64,000 bases of DNA, from contig CM082589.2 of the NCBI GenBank assembly GCA_040954595.2, positions 9,684,894 through 9,748,893 of the forward strand, given 5' to 3'. The notes under the pieces were generated by a model. It saw only the letters and a list, made by a program, of their open reading frames with translations, made no database searches and was not told where the DNA came from. Made by a program: the position numbers and the translations under genes. This stretch comes from Balanoglossus misakiensis. Taxonomy: Eukaryota > Animalia > Hemichordata. How positions within the stretch are numbered: the stretch's first letter is position 1; each line of letters opens with the position of its first letter. This document shows positions 1 to 14,202 of the stretch, piece by piece.

Positions 1-981
1 ATTACCAGAAAAAAAAATCAGTAATGTTACAAAGAAACAGTAAGAAAATAAATGGAGAAAGCCAGCAAGGAAGGCAGAAAAGTGGAATACATGAAATACA
101 CAGTTTGCTTAAACTACATGTGTATGCAGTAAAAACTGTATGGTGCAAGGACGTTCAGTTTTATGATTTATAGCCAGCCAGTCTTTCCATGCATATCATA
201 CCAAAATTAATATGAAAATCGTGTAAATGTTAATAGACTACAAGGATAGTACAAATACATGTAGACATTACACTATCCAACTTTCTCCACTTTTGATATC
301 TGCCCAACACAGGCAAGCAAAAGGGCCGATCTGAGAGTTTGACTTGAATGATGGCAATTTTTGCTGTCCAGAAGTAACTGTATAAAATATTTTTGGTAGT
401 AGTATTATTGCTCAAAATACACAAGAATTTAAATATTTCCACTCACTACAGTGATTGAACTGATTTTCAGCAAATTGCAGTGTATAAACAGATATTGCCA
501 TCTAATGAAATATCAATCCAATATGGCCGCCCATTTGCAATGGTAAAATGCTAGGTTTTTCCTTTTTTGAGCGCCTGGGAATTTAAATTGTAATCCAGAT
601 ATCAAAAACTGAAGTCACTATCTGTATCTGCACATATATTGTAATATATTCTGAAAATTTCGTTACAATTAGATCAACTATGATTGAGACACGGAACATC
701 AAACATTGCAAAATTTCATATTTCCCATGGTGCCATGCAAAAAATAGAGAGATTTTCTTTACAAGTTTAGATGATCTCCTGTAAAACTGAAAGAAGTATT
801 CTTCTGTGAATCGTGCATAATTTTTTGAAAAATGTTGAAGATACTTGAGAATATCAGTATTTTTTGATGCTTTTGTACCTTGAAAACTGGTGAACCGATT
901 TTGATAATTTTCTTTATTATAACCTACAAAGACCTATAAAATTTTTTATCAGTAAAATAAACAGCCTTATATAATTTTACC

Positions 982-1254
982 GGTCCAGCTGTTACAGAGA
1001 CCACCGGCTATTTTATTATAAACTGGTGGTAGGTCAGTGAATGCCTCTGTCTGATTGGACTAATTAGCTTGTCATACTCGCATATATTTTACAGACAGTT
1101 TTTGGACAAAAATCAGTTGTGGTCCAGCTGTTACAGAGACCACCGGTTATTTTATTATAAACTGGTGGTAGGTCAGTGAATGCCTCTGTCTGATTGGACT
1201 AATTAGCTTGTCATACTCGCATGTATTTTACAGACAGTTTTTGGACAAAAATCT
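982..1254. repeat. 139-bp tandem duplication (2 copies)
   Basis: GGTCCAGCTGTTACAGAGACCACCGG...GGACAAAAATC starts at 982 and again at 1121; the copies are nearly identical. Confidence 0.9.
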
Positions 1255-1997
1255 GTTTTTTTTAGTGCTGCTTGTAAGATTGCAGTGACACATAACACTT
1301 GATTGAGCATGGTGAATTTTTTTATGTTTCCATAGTATTTGAATATTTTTGCCATATATGCTTGCCAATGTCGCCCGCGATTTAATTCTGGTGAATACCT
1401 AAAATCTGTGTAATCCCCAAATGGCACAACAGTTTCCTATACGCTATGTTTTAAGAAGTTAATTATACATAGACATAGTGACCTCTGGCTTACCATTTCT
1501 AGCCATCCACAACAGATACAGAGTTTGCTTTCTGTTGGAACCATGCTAACTGCTTTGGCCCCTGTAATGTTGCATGTTCCTTTAATTGTCTTCTTCATGT
1601 TGGCCATATTGGATTTTCTGATAACCTCTTAAAGTTGACATTTTTTCAAAACTACATGGCCAATCAAGTTCTAATTTACTGTCCCTTCCAATTTTTTTCA
1701 ATAATATTGTTAGTGGTCATGCGACTTTGGATTCATTATGGATTGTTGAAAAATCTCATTTAACATTTCCAAAATCTTTTTCTAATCAAGTTTTCAAGTG
1801 TATTGTGATTAGTTAAACCTTATTGGAGCCAAATTGGACTTTCTGAACTCTAATTAAAGACAAAGATTTCCTATTTCTAGCCTACTCATTTAAAGCACAC
1901 ATTCATTTTATTGATACGAGTCACCATATGTATAGAATACGTTACATTTTTGGCAAATTTCACATGTCCTTTGATTCAGATTTGTTAGAACTGAATT

Positions 1998-3040
1998 GTA
2001 CTTGGATATGTCTCTTGTTAAAAAGCACAACAGTCATGATTGTGTTCACATGAGTTTTATTGCTGCCAGGACATAACCCAAATATTTTGATAATTTTGGC
2101 AATGACCCTTGTTCTACTTGGATATGTCTCTAGTCTTGTTAAAAAGCACAACAGTCATAATTGTGTTCACATGAGTTTTATTGCTGCCAGGACATAACCC
2201 AAATATTTTGATAATTTTGGCGATGACCCTTGATCTACTTGGATATGTCTCTTGTTAAAAAGCACAACAGTCATGATTTTGTTCACATGAGTTTTATTGC
2301 TGCCAGGACATAACCAAAATATTTTGATAATTTTGGCAATGACCCTTGATCTACTTGGATATGTCTCTTGTTAAAAAACACAACAGTCATAATTGTGTTC
2401 ACATGAGTTTTATTGCTGCCTGGACATAACCTACATATTTTGATAATGTTGGCAATGATCCTTGATCTACTTGGATATGCCTCTTGTTAAAAAGCACAAC
2501 AGTCATGATTGTGTTCACATGAGTTTTATTGCTGCCAGGACATAACCCAAATATTTTGATAATTTTGGCAATGACCCTTGATCTACTTGGATATGTCTCT
2601 TGTTAAAAAGCACAACAGTCATGATTGTGTTCACACGAGTTTTATTGCTGCCAGGACATAACCCAAATATTTTGATAATTTTGGCAATGACCCTTGATCT
2701 ACTTGGATATGTCTCTTGTTAAAAAGCACAACAGTCATTATTGTGTTCATATGAGTTTTATTGCTGCCAGGACATAACCAAAATATTTTGATAATTTTGG
2801 CAATGACCCTTGATCTACTTGGATAGGTCTCTTGTTAAAAAGCACAACAGTCATGATTTTGTTCACATGAGTTATATTGCTGCCAGGACATAACCCAAAT
2901 ATTTTGATAATTTTGGCCATGACCCTTGATCTACTTGGATATGTCTCTTGTTAAAAAGCACAACAGTCATGATATTGTACACATGAGTACTATTGCTGCC
3001 TGGACATAACCCAAATATTTTGATAATTTTGGCCATGGTC
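1998..3040. repeat. 116-bp minisatellite array (~9 copies) inside a macro-satellite unit
   Basis: GATCTACTTGGATATG at 2232, 2348, 2464 and onward; period 116. Confidence 0.95.
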
Positions 3041-4729
3041 TACTTTCCCATAACTTGCCATGCACAGCAGATACGCCTTTCAAATTTAGAGGACTGGAAC
3101 ACCTAATGAAGTATTAATCTTTAACACAATCGTTATGTACTTATCCTATTTAAAGTTAACCAATTGAGCTTAGAAGTTTGGTTCTTGTTGGACACTTATC
3201 AGTTTGATGTCAAAATTTGTTGGCACAAATTTGCGTGACCTCTGGCTTACTTACCATTTCTCAGCATCCATAACAGATACAGCCTTTGCTTTCTGTTGGA
3301 ACCATGCTAACCACTTTGGTCACTCCAATGCTGCTTATAGTTGGGTCTTCTTCATGGCGGCCATATTGGATTTTCTGATAATCTCTAAAAGTGTACATTT
3401 TTTTCTAAACTGCAGGGCCAATCAAGTTCTAATTTACTGGCCGTTCCAATTTTTTTTCAATTATATTAATAGTGGTCATGTGAATTTGGATTTATTATGG
3501 ATTTTTTCAAAAACTCATGAAGATTTCCAAAATCTTTTTTAATCAAGCTTTCAAGTGAATTGTGATTGGTTAAACCTTATTGAAGCCAAATTGGATTGTC
3601 TGAACTCCGATTAAAAACTAAAATTTCCTATTTCAAGGCTACTGAATGATAGCACACCAATCCTTTTTATGGATACGAGTCACCATAAGACCAGAATATG
3701 TTAAACAATTTTTATCAACTTTCACATGTCCTTTCATCCATTTTTTCAACACTTAATTATACAATTTTTTTGCAACTGTCATTCGTCTTTTGATCCAGAT
3801 CTTTCAGAACTTAATTCTACGTTGATATGCCTCTTGTTAAAAAGCACAAGAGTCGTGATTTTGTTCACATGAGTACTACTGCTGCCCGGACATAACCCAA
3901 ATATTTTGATAATTTTGGCAGTAACTTTTGATCTACATTCCCATAACTTGGCATGCACAGCAGATACAGCTTTTAAATTTAGAGGACTGGAACACCTAAT
4001 AAAGTACATGTATTAACTTTAACACAATAATTATGTATATAAGCTATTTAAAGTTAACCAATAAAGCGTAGAAGTCTGCTTTTTGTTGGACACTGATCAG
4101 TTTGGTATCAAATTTTGTTGGCACATTTTGCATCACCTCTGGCATACTTTACCATTTCTAGGCATCCACAACAGATGCAGCATTTGCTTTCTGTTGGAAC
4201 CATGCTAACCGCTTTGGCCACTCCAATGCTGCTTGTAGCTCTAATTGTCTTCTTCATGGTGGCCATATTGGAATTTCTAATAACCTTTAAAAGTTGACAT
4301 TTTCATAAACTACAGGGCCAATCAAATTCTAGTTTACTGTAGGGTTGAAAGTTTGACAAAAATATCATTAGTGGTCAAGTGACTTTGGGTGCCTAATTGG
4401 ATTGTTTAAAAATCTCATTAAAAAATTACAGAACATCTTTTTCTAATCAAGTTTTCAAGTGAATTGTGATTGGTGTCACCTTATTGGAGCCAAATTGGAT
4501 TTTTCTAAACACTGATTAAAAACTAAGATTTTCTATTTCTAGCCTACTCATTGAAAGCACACAAATTAATTTTATGGATACGAGTCGCCATATGACTAGA
4601 ATACGTTACATTTTTTGGCAACTTTCACATGTCCTTTGATCCAGTTTTTTCAAAACTTGATTAAACAATTTGTTGGCAACTCTCGCATGTCCTTTGACCC
4701 AGTAATTCCATAACTAAATTTTATGTGGA

Positions 4730-5295
4730 TATGGCTCTTGATAAAAAGCTAAACAGTCATGATTTTGTTCAAAGAGTACTACTGCTGCCAGGACATAACC
4801 CAAATATTTTGATAATTTTGGCAATGACCCTTGATCTACTTGGATATGTCTCTTGTTAAAAAGCACAACAGTCATGATTTTGTTCACATGAGTTTTATTG
4901 CTGCCAGGACATAACCCAAATATTTTGATAATTTTGGCAATGACCCTTGATCTACTTGGATATGTCTCTTGTTAAAAAGCACAACAGTCATGATTTTGTT
5001 CACATGAGTTTTATTGCTGCCAGGACATAACCCAAATATTTTGATAATTTTGGCCATGACCCTTGATCTACTTGGATATGTCTCTTGTTAAAAAGCACAA
5101 CAGTCATGATTTTGTTCACATGAGTTTTATTGCTGCCAGGACATAACCCAAATATTTTGATAATTTTGGCCATGACCCTTGATCTACTTGCATATGTCTC
5201 TTGTTAAAAAGCACAACAGTCATGATTTTGTACACATGAGTACTATTGCTGCCTGGACATAACCCAAATATTTTGATAATTTTGGCCATGATCTA
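4730..5295. repeat. 116-bp minisatellite array (~5 copies)
   Basis: Same monomer as 1998-3040. Confidence 0.92.
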
Positions 5296-6230
5296 CTTTC
5301 CCATAATTTGACATGCACAGCAGATATGGCTTTCAAATATAGAGGACTGGAACACCTAATGAAGTATTAATCTTTAACACAATCATTATGTACTTATCCT
5401 ATTTAAAGTTAACCAATTGAGCTTAGAAGTTTGGTTCTTGTTGGACACTTATCAGTTTGATATCAAAATTTGTTGGCACAAATTTGCGTGACCTCTGGCT
5501 TACCTACCATTCTATGAATCCACAACAGATACAGAGTTTGCTTTCTGTTGGAACCATGCTAACTGCTTTGGCCCCTGTGATGCTGCATGTTCTTTTAATT
5601 GTCTTCTTCATGGTGGCCATATTGGATTTTCTGATAACCTTTAAAAGTTGACATTTTTTTTCAAAAATTACAAGGCCAATCAAGTTCTAATTTACTGTAC
5701 GTTCCAATTTTTTAAAATAATATTGTTAGTGTTCATGTGAATTTGGATTTATTATGGATTTTTGAAAAATACCATGAAAAATTTCCAAAATCTTTTTTTA
5801 ATCAAGCTTTCGCGTAAATTGTGATTGGTTAAACCTTATTGAAGCCTAATTGGATTTTCTGAACTCCGATTAAAAACTAAAATTTATTTCCTATTTGTAG
5901 GCTACTGAATGATAGCACACCAAGCCTTTTTATGGATAGAGTCAACATAAGACAAGAATGTTAAAAAAATTTGTCAACTTTCACATGTCCATTGATCCTT
6001 TTTTTAACACTTAATTATACAATTTTTTGCAACTTTCATTTTCCCTTTGATCAAGATCTTTCAGAACTTAATTGTACATTGATATGTCTCTTGTTAAAAA
6101 GCACAACAGTCATGATTTTGTTCACATGAGTACTACTCTGGCAGGACATAACCCAAATATTTTGATAATTTTGGCAATGACCCTTGATCTACATTTCCAA
6201 AACTTGGCATGCACAGCAGATACAGCTTTT

Positions 6231-6588
6231 ATTAGCTCTGCTGTCACTTGTGTCAGCCGAGCTGTAGCAGTAGGTTGATAAATGTCTGTCCGTCGTCTGT
6301 CGTCCGTCATCCGTCGTCCGTCAACTTTTGGTATTTCAATCTTCTTCTATAAAACTACTTGGCATATTTAGCTGAAATTTGGTTGGAATGTGTGTTATGG
6401 TGCCCTTACCTGATTTTGTTAATTTGGATTTGATCGGGTCATGAATATGCAAATTAGATCTAAAAATAAAATTTTTGGTAAAAAAATCTTCTTCTCCCTA
6501 ACTACATGTACGATGGAGCTGAAAATTGGTAGGAATGTGTGGTATGGTGCCCCTACCTGATTTTGTTAATTGGAATTTTGATGGGGTC
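6231..6588 (+). mobile_element. Truncated Helentron-associated (HINE/DINE-1-like) element
   Basis: Same 5' hairpin and GTCC/GTCT/GTC microsatellite head as 12399, at the same CAGCTTTT site; internal and 3' parts are deleted. Confidence 0.8.
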
Positions 6589-7129
6589 TGCTTTCTGTTG
6601 GAACCTTGGTCCCTCCAATGCTACTTTTAGTTGTAATTGTCTTCTTCATGGCGGCCATATTGGATTTTCTAATAAGCTTTAAAGGTTGACATTTTCATAA
6701 ACTACAGGGCCAATCAAGTTCTAATTTACTGTGCGGTTGAAAGTTTGATAAAATATCATTAGTGGTCATGTGACTTTTGGTGCCTTATTGGATTTTTTAA
6801 AAATCTCATTCAAAAATTACGAAAATCTTTTTCTAATCAAGTTTTCAAGTGAATTGTGATTGGTTTAACCTTATCAGAGCCAAATTGGATTTTCTGAACT
6901 CCGATTAAAAGCTAAAATTCCTTTTTTTTATCCTACTCATTGAAAGCACACAAATTCTTTCTGTGGATACGAGTCACCATATGACTAGAATATGTTACAT
7001 TTTTTGACAACTTTCATATGTTCTTTGATCCAGTTTTTTTTCAGTATTTGATTAAACAATTTGTTGGCGACTCTCGCATGTCCTTTGATCCAGTAATTCC
7101 ATAACTTAATTTTATGTGGATATGGCTCT

Positions 7130-9540
7130 TGATAAAAAGCTCAACAGTCATGATTTTGTTCAAAGAGTACTACTGCTGCCAGGACATAACCCAAATATTT
7201 TGATAATTTTGGCAATGACCCTTGATCTACTTGGATATGTCTCTTGTTAAAAAGCACAACAGTCATGATTTTGTTCACATGAGTTTTATTGCTGCCAGGA
7301 CATAACCCAAATATTTTGATAATCTTGGTAATGACCCTTGATCCCTTGGATATGTCTCTTGTTAAAAAGCACAACAGTCATGATTTTGTTCACATGAGTT
7401 TTATTGTTGCCAGGACATAACCCAAATATTTTGATAATTTTGGCCATGACCCTTGATCTACTTGGATATGTCTCTTGTTAAAAAGCACAACAGTCATGAT
7501 TTTGTTCACATGAGTTTTGTCGCTGCCAGGACATAACCCAAATATTTTGATAACTTTGGCAATGACCCTTGATCTACTTGGATATGTCTCTTGTTAAAAA
7601 GCACAACAGTCATGATTTTGTTCACATGAGTTTTATTGCTGCCAGGACATAACCCAAATATTTTGATAATCTTGGCAATGACCCTTGATCTACTTGGATA
7701 TGTCTCTTGTTAAAAAGCACAACAGTCATGATTTTGTTCACATGAGTTTTATTGCTGCCAGGACATTACCAAAATATTTTGATAATTTTGGCAATGACCC
7801 TTGATCTACTTGGATATGTCTCTTGTTAAAAGGCACAACAGTCATGATTTTGTTCACATGAGTTTTATTGCTGCCAGGACATAATCCAAATATTTTGATA
7901 ATCTTGGTAATGACCCTTGATCTACTTGGATATGTCTCTTGTTAAAAAGCACAACAGTCATGATTTTGTTCACATGAGTACTATTGCTGCCTGGACATAA
8001 CCCAAATATTTTGATAATTTTGGCAATGACCCTTGATCTACTTGGATATGTCTCTTGTTAAAAGCACAACAGTCATGATTTTGTTCACATGAGTTTTATT
8101 GCTGCCAGGACATAACCCAAATATTTTGATAATCATGGCAATGACCCTTGATCTACTTGGATATGTCTCTTGTTAAAAAGCACAACAGTCATGATTTTGT
8201 TCACATGAGTTTTATTGCTGCCAGGACATAACCCAAATATTTTGATAATTTTGGCAATGACCCTTGATCTACTTGGATATGTCTCTTGTTAAAAGGCACA
8301 ACAGTCATGATTTTGTTCACATGAGTTTTATTGCTGCCAGGACATAACCCAAATATTTTGATAATCTTGGTAATGACCCTTGATCTACTTGGATATGTCT
8401 CTTGTTAAAAAGCACAACAGTCATGATTTTGTTCACATGAGTACTATTGCTGCCTGGACATAACCCAAATATTTTGATAATTTTGGCAATGACCCTTGAT
8501 CTACTTGGATATGTCTCTTGTTAAAAAGCACAACAGTCATGATTTTGTTCACATGAGTACTATTGCTGCCTGGACATAACCCAAATATTTTGATAATTTT
8601 GGCAATGACCCTTGATCTACTTGGATATGCCTCTTGTTAAAAAGCACAACAGTCATGATTTTGTTCACATGAGTACTATTGCTGCCTGGACATAACCCAA
8701 ATATTTTGATAATTTTGGCAATGACCCTTGATCTACTTGGATATGTCTCTTGTTAAAAAGCACAACAGTCATGATTTTGTTCACATGAGTACTATTGGTG
8801 CCTGGACATAACCCAAATATTTTGATAATTTTGGCAATGACCCTTGATCTACTTGGATATGTCTCTTGTTAAAAAGCACAACAGTCATGATTTTGTTCAC
8901 ATGAGTTTTATTGCTGCCAGGACATAACCCAAATATTTTGATAATTTTGGCAATGACCCTTGATCTACTTGGATATGTCTCTTGTTAAAAAGCACAACAG
9001 TCATGATTTTGTTCACATGAGTTTTATTGCTGCCAGGACATAACCCATATATTTTGATCATTTTGGCAATGACCCTTGATCTACTTGGATATGTCTCTTG
9101 TTAAAAAGCACAATAGTCATGATTTTGTTCACATGAGTTTTATTGCTGCCAGGACATAACCCAAATATTTGGATAATTTTGGCAATGACCCTTGATCTAC
9201 TTGGATATGTCTCTTGTTAAAAAGCACAACAGTCATGATTTTGTTCATATGAATTTTATTGCTGCCAGGACATAACCCAAATATTTTGATTATTTCGGCC
9301 ATGACCCTTGATCTACTTGGATATGTCTCTTGTTAAAAAGCACAACAGTCATGATTTTGTTCACATGAGTTTTATTGTTGCCAGGACATAACCCAAATAT
9401 TTTGATAATTTTGGCCATGACCCTTGATCTACTTGGATATGTCTCTTGTTAAAAAGCACAACAGTCATGATTTTGTACACATGAGTACTATTGCTGCCAG
9501 GACATAACCCAAATATTTTGATAATTTTGGCCATGATCTT
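7130..9540. repeat. 116-bp minisatellite array (~21 copies)
   Basis: Homogeneous tandem copies of the same 116-bp monomer. Confidence 0.95.
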
Positions 9541-11229
9541 CTTTCCCATAACTTGCCATGCACAGCAGATACGGCTTTCAAATTTAGAGGACTGGAACAC
9601 CTAATGAAGTATTAATTTTTAACACAATCATTATGTACTTATCCTATTTAAAGTTAACCAATTGAGCTTAGAAGTTTGGTTCTTGTTGGACACTTATCAG
9701 TTTGATGTCAAAATTTGTTGGCACAAATTTGCCTGACCTCTGGCTTACTTACCATTTCTCAGCATCCATAACAGATACAGCCTTTGCTTTCTGTTGGAAC
9801 CATGCTAACCACTTTGGTCACTCCAATGCTGCTTATAGTTGGGTCTTCTTCATGGCGGCCATATTGGATTTTCTGATAATCTCTAAAAGTGGACATTTTT
9901 TTCTAAACTGCAGGGCCAATCAAGTTCTAATTTACTGGCCGTTCCATTTTTTTTTCAATTATATTAATAGTGGTCATGTGAATTTGGATTCATTATGGAT
10001 TTTTTCAAAAACTCATGAAAAATTTCCAAAATCTTTTTTAATCAAGCTTTCAAGTGAATTGTGATTGGTTAAACCTTATTGAAGTCAAATTGGATTGTCT
10101 GAACTCCGATTAAAAACTAAAATTTCCTATTTCAAGGCTACTGAATGATAGCACACCAATCCTTTTTATGGATACGAGTCACCATAAGTCCAGAATATGT
10201 TAAACAATTTTTATCAACTTTCACATGTCCTTTCATCCATTTTTTCAACACTTAATTATACTATTTTTTTGCAACTTTCATTCGTCTTTTGATCCAGATC
10301 TTTCAGAACTTAATTCTACGTTGATATGCCTCTTGTTAAAAAGCACAACAGTCGTGATTTTGTTCACATGAGTACTACTGCTGCCAGGACATAACCCAAA
10401 TATTTTGATAATTTTGGCAGTAACTTTTGATCTACATTCCCATAACTTGGCATGTACAGCAGATACAGCTTTTAAATTTAGAGGCTTGGAACACCTAATG
10501 AAGTACATGTATTAACTTTAACACAATAATTATGTATATAAGCTATTTAAAGTTAACTAATAAAGCGTAGAAGTCTGCTCTTTGTTGGACATTGATCAGT
10601 TTGGTATCAAATTTTGTTGGCACATTTTGCATCACCTCTGGCATACTTTACCATTTCTAGGCATCCACAACAGATACAGCCTTTGCTTTCTGTTGGAACC
10701 ATGCTAACCGCTTTGGCCACTCCAATGCTGCTTGTAGCTCTAATTGTCTTCTTCATGGTGGCCATATTGGATTTTCTAATAACCTTTAAAAGTTGACATT
10801 TTCATAAACTACAGGGCAAATCAAATTCTAGTTTACTGTAGGGTTGAAAGTTTGACAAAAATATCATTAGTGGTCATGTGACTTTGGGTGCCTAATTGGA
10901 TTGTTTAAAAATCTCATTAAAAAATTACAGAACATCTTTTTCTAATCAAGTTTTCAAGTGAATTGTGATTGGTGTCACCTTATTGGAGCCAAATTGGATT
11001 TTTCTGAACACTGATTAAAAACTAAGATTTCCTATTTCTAGCCTACTCATTGAAAGCACACAAATTAATTTTATGGATACGAGTCGCCATATGACTAGAA
11101 TACGTTACATTTTTTGGCAACTTTCACATGTCCTTTGATCCAGTTTTTTCAAAACTTGATTAAACAATTTGTTGGCAACTCTCGCATGTCCTTTGACCCA
11201 GTAATTCCATAACTTAATTTTATGTGGAT

Positions 11230-11565
11230 ATGGCTCTTGATAAAAAGCTCAACAGTCATGATTTTGTTCATAGAGTACTACTGCTGCCAGGACATAACCC
11301 AAATATTTTGATAATTTTGGCAATGACCATTGATCTACTTGGATATGTCTCTTGTTAAAAAGCACAACAGTCATGATTTTGTTCACATGAGTTTTATTGC
11401 TGCCAGGACATAACCCAAATATTTTGATAATTTTGGCCATGACCCTTGATCTACTTGGATATGTCTCTTGTTAAAAAGCACAACAGTCATGATTTTGTAC
11501 ACATGAGTACTATTGCTGCCTGGACATAACCCAAATATTTTGATAATTTTGGCCATGATCTACTT
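11230..11565. repeat. 116-bp minisatellite array (~3 copies)
   Basis: Same monomer, followed by a short deletion relative to the paralogous unit at 4730-5400. Confidence 0.88.
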
Positions 11566-12398
11566 AAATCCTATTTAAAGTTAACCAATTGAGCTTAGAA
11601 GTTTGGTTCTTGTTGGACACTTATCAGTTTGATATCAAAATTTGTTGGCACAAATTTCCGTGACCTCTGGCTTACCTACCATTCTAAGAATCCATAACAG
11701 ATACAGAGTTTGCTTTCTGTTGGAACCATGCTAACTGCTTTGGCCCCTGTGATGCTGCATGTTCTTTTAATTGTCTTCTTCATGGTGGCCATATTGGATT
11801 TTCTGATAACCTTTAAAAGTTGACATTTTTTTTCAAAAATTACAAGGCCAATCAAGTTCTAATTTACTGTACGTTCCAATTTTTTAAAATAATATTGTTA
11901 GTGTTCATGTGAATTTGGATTTATTATGGATTTTTGAAAAATCCCATGAAAAATTTCCAAAATCTTTTTTTAATCACGCTTTCGCGTAAAATGTGATTGG
12001 TTAAACCTTATTGAAGCCTAATTGGATTTTCTGAACTCCGATTAAAAACTAAAATTTCCTATTTGTAGGCTACTGAATGATAGCACACCAAGCCTTTTTA
12101 TGGATAGAGTCAACATAAGACCAGAATGTTAAAATTTTTTGTCAACTTTCACATGTCCATTGATCCTTTTTTTAACACTTAATTATACAAATTTTTGCAA
12201 CTTTCATTTTCCCTTTGATCAAGATCTTTCAGAACTTAATTGTACATTGATATGTCTCTTGTTAAAAAGCACAACAGTCATGATTTTGTTCACATGAGTA
12301 CTACTCTGGCAGGACATAACCCAAATATTTTGATAATTTTGGCAATGACCCTTGATCTACATTTCCAAAACTTGGCATGCACAGCAGATACAGCTTTT

Positions 12399-14202
12399 AT
12401 TAGCTCTGCTGTCACTTGTGTCAGCCGAGCTGTAGCAGTAGGTTGATAAATGTCTGTCCGTCGTCTGTCGTCCGTCATCCGTCGTCCGTCAACTTTTGGT
12501 ATTTCAATCTTCTTCTATAAAACTACTTGGCATATTTAGCTGAAATTTGGTTAGAATGTGTGTTATGGTGCCCTTACCTGATTTTGTTAATTTGGATTTG
12601 ATCGGGTCATGAATATGCAAATTAGATCTAAAAATAAAATTTTTGGTAAAAAAATCTTCTTCTCCCTAACTACATGTACGATGGAGCTGAAATTTGGTAG
12701 GAATGTGTGTTATGGTGTCCCTACCTGATTTTTAGCTCTGCTGTCACTTGTGTCAGCCGAGCTGTAGCAGTAGGTTGATAAGTGTCCGTCCGTCGTCCGT
12801 CGTCTGTCGTCAGTCGTCTGTCGTCCGTCAACTTTTTGTATTTCAATCTTCTTCTTTAAAACAACTGGGCATATTTAGCTGAAATTTGGTTGGAATGTGT
12901 GTTATGGTGCCTTTAACTGATTTTGTTAATTTGGATTTGATGGGGTCATGAATATGCAAATTAGATCTAAAAATAGAACTTTTGGTAAAAATCTTCTTCT
13001 CCACAACTACATGTGCAATGGACCTGAAATTTGGCAGGAATGTGTGTTATGGTGCCCCTACCTGATTTTGTAAATTTGGATTTGATGGGGTCATAAATAT
13101 GCAAATTAGATCTAAAAATAGAATTTTGGTAAAAAATCTTCTTCTCCATAACTACATGTACAATGGAGCTGAAATTTGGTAGGAATGTGTGTTATGGTGC
13201 CCCTACCTGATTTTGTAAATTTGGATTTGATGGGGTCATAAATATGCAAATTAGATCTAAAAATATAATTTTTGGTCAAAAATTTTCTTCTCCCTAACTA
13301 CATGTACGATGGAGCTGAAATATGGTAGGAATGTGTGTTATGATGCCCGTACTTGATTTTATAAATTTGGATATGATCGGGTCATGAATATGTAAATTAG
13401 ATCTAAAAATATAATTTTTGGTAAAAAATCTTCTTCTCCCTAACTATTTGTACGATGGAGCTGAAATTTAGTAGGAATGTGTGTTATAGTGTCCCTACCT
13501 GATTTTGTTAATTTGGATTTGATTGGGTCATAAATATGCAAATTAGATCTAAAAATAGAATTTTTGGTCAAAAATCTTCTTCTCCCTAACTACATGTACG
13601 ATGGCGCTGAAATTTAGTAGGAATGTGTGTTATGGTGCCCCTACCTGATTTTGCTAATTTGGATATGATGGGGTCATAAATATGCAAATTAGATCTAAAA
13701 ATAGAATTGTTGGTCAAAAATCTTCTTCTCCCTAACTACATGTACGATGGCGCTGAAATTTAGTAGGAATGTGTGTTATGGTGCCCTTACCTGATTTTGC
13801 TAATTTGGATATGATGGGGTCATAAATATGCAAATTAGATCTAAAAATATAATTTTTGGTAAAAAAATCTTCTCCCTAAATACATGTACGATGGAGTTGA
13901 AATTTGGTAGAATGTGTGTTATGGTGCCCCTACCTGATTTTGTTTTATTGGAATTTTGATGGGGTCATGAATATGCAAATTAGAACATTGGTACTTCCTT
14001 TTGATGTTGTTCTTTAGAATTCAATTCTTTCTTTCTTTAGTGCAATGAATCAAGCTGAATTTGGATAAATACTTGTGATGTCTATGTTTGGTTTTGTTCA
14101 ATAGAATACAATTGTTATGAATTAAAACCTAGGGTATTCATATCATCGCCCAGGTTACACTGTTAAGGTCAGCAGAGCTCATTTGACCAATAGGTCACTT
14201 GT
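12399..14202 (+). mobile_element. Helentron-associated non-autonomous element (HINE/DINE-1-like) with internal ~146-bp tandem array
   Basis: 5' subTIR AGCTCTGCTG lies within a hairpin, followed by a GTCC/GTCT microsatellite and ~146-bp central repeats. The 3' end has subTIR CAGCAGAGCT (14170-14179), stem-loop TGACCAATAGGTCA (14184-14197) and terminal CTTGT. It is inserted in CAGCTTTT|AAATTTAGAGG without a TSD; empty sites are at ~3970 and ~10470. Confidence 0.88.

Noticed and set aside
230-442. Possible minus-strand terminal exon
   Set aside because: Short, with no recognisable protein similarity and no supporting neighbouring exons.
1998-9540. Regular 116-bp repeats as a CRISPR array or a repeat-protein gene
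   Set aside because: No unique spacers and no cas genes; the period is not a multiple of 3; the context is eukaryotic.
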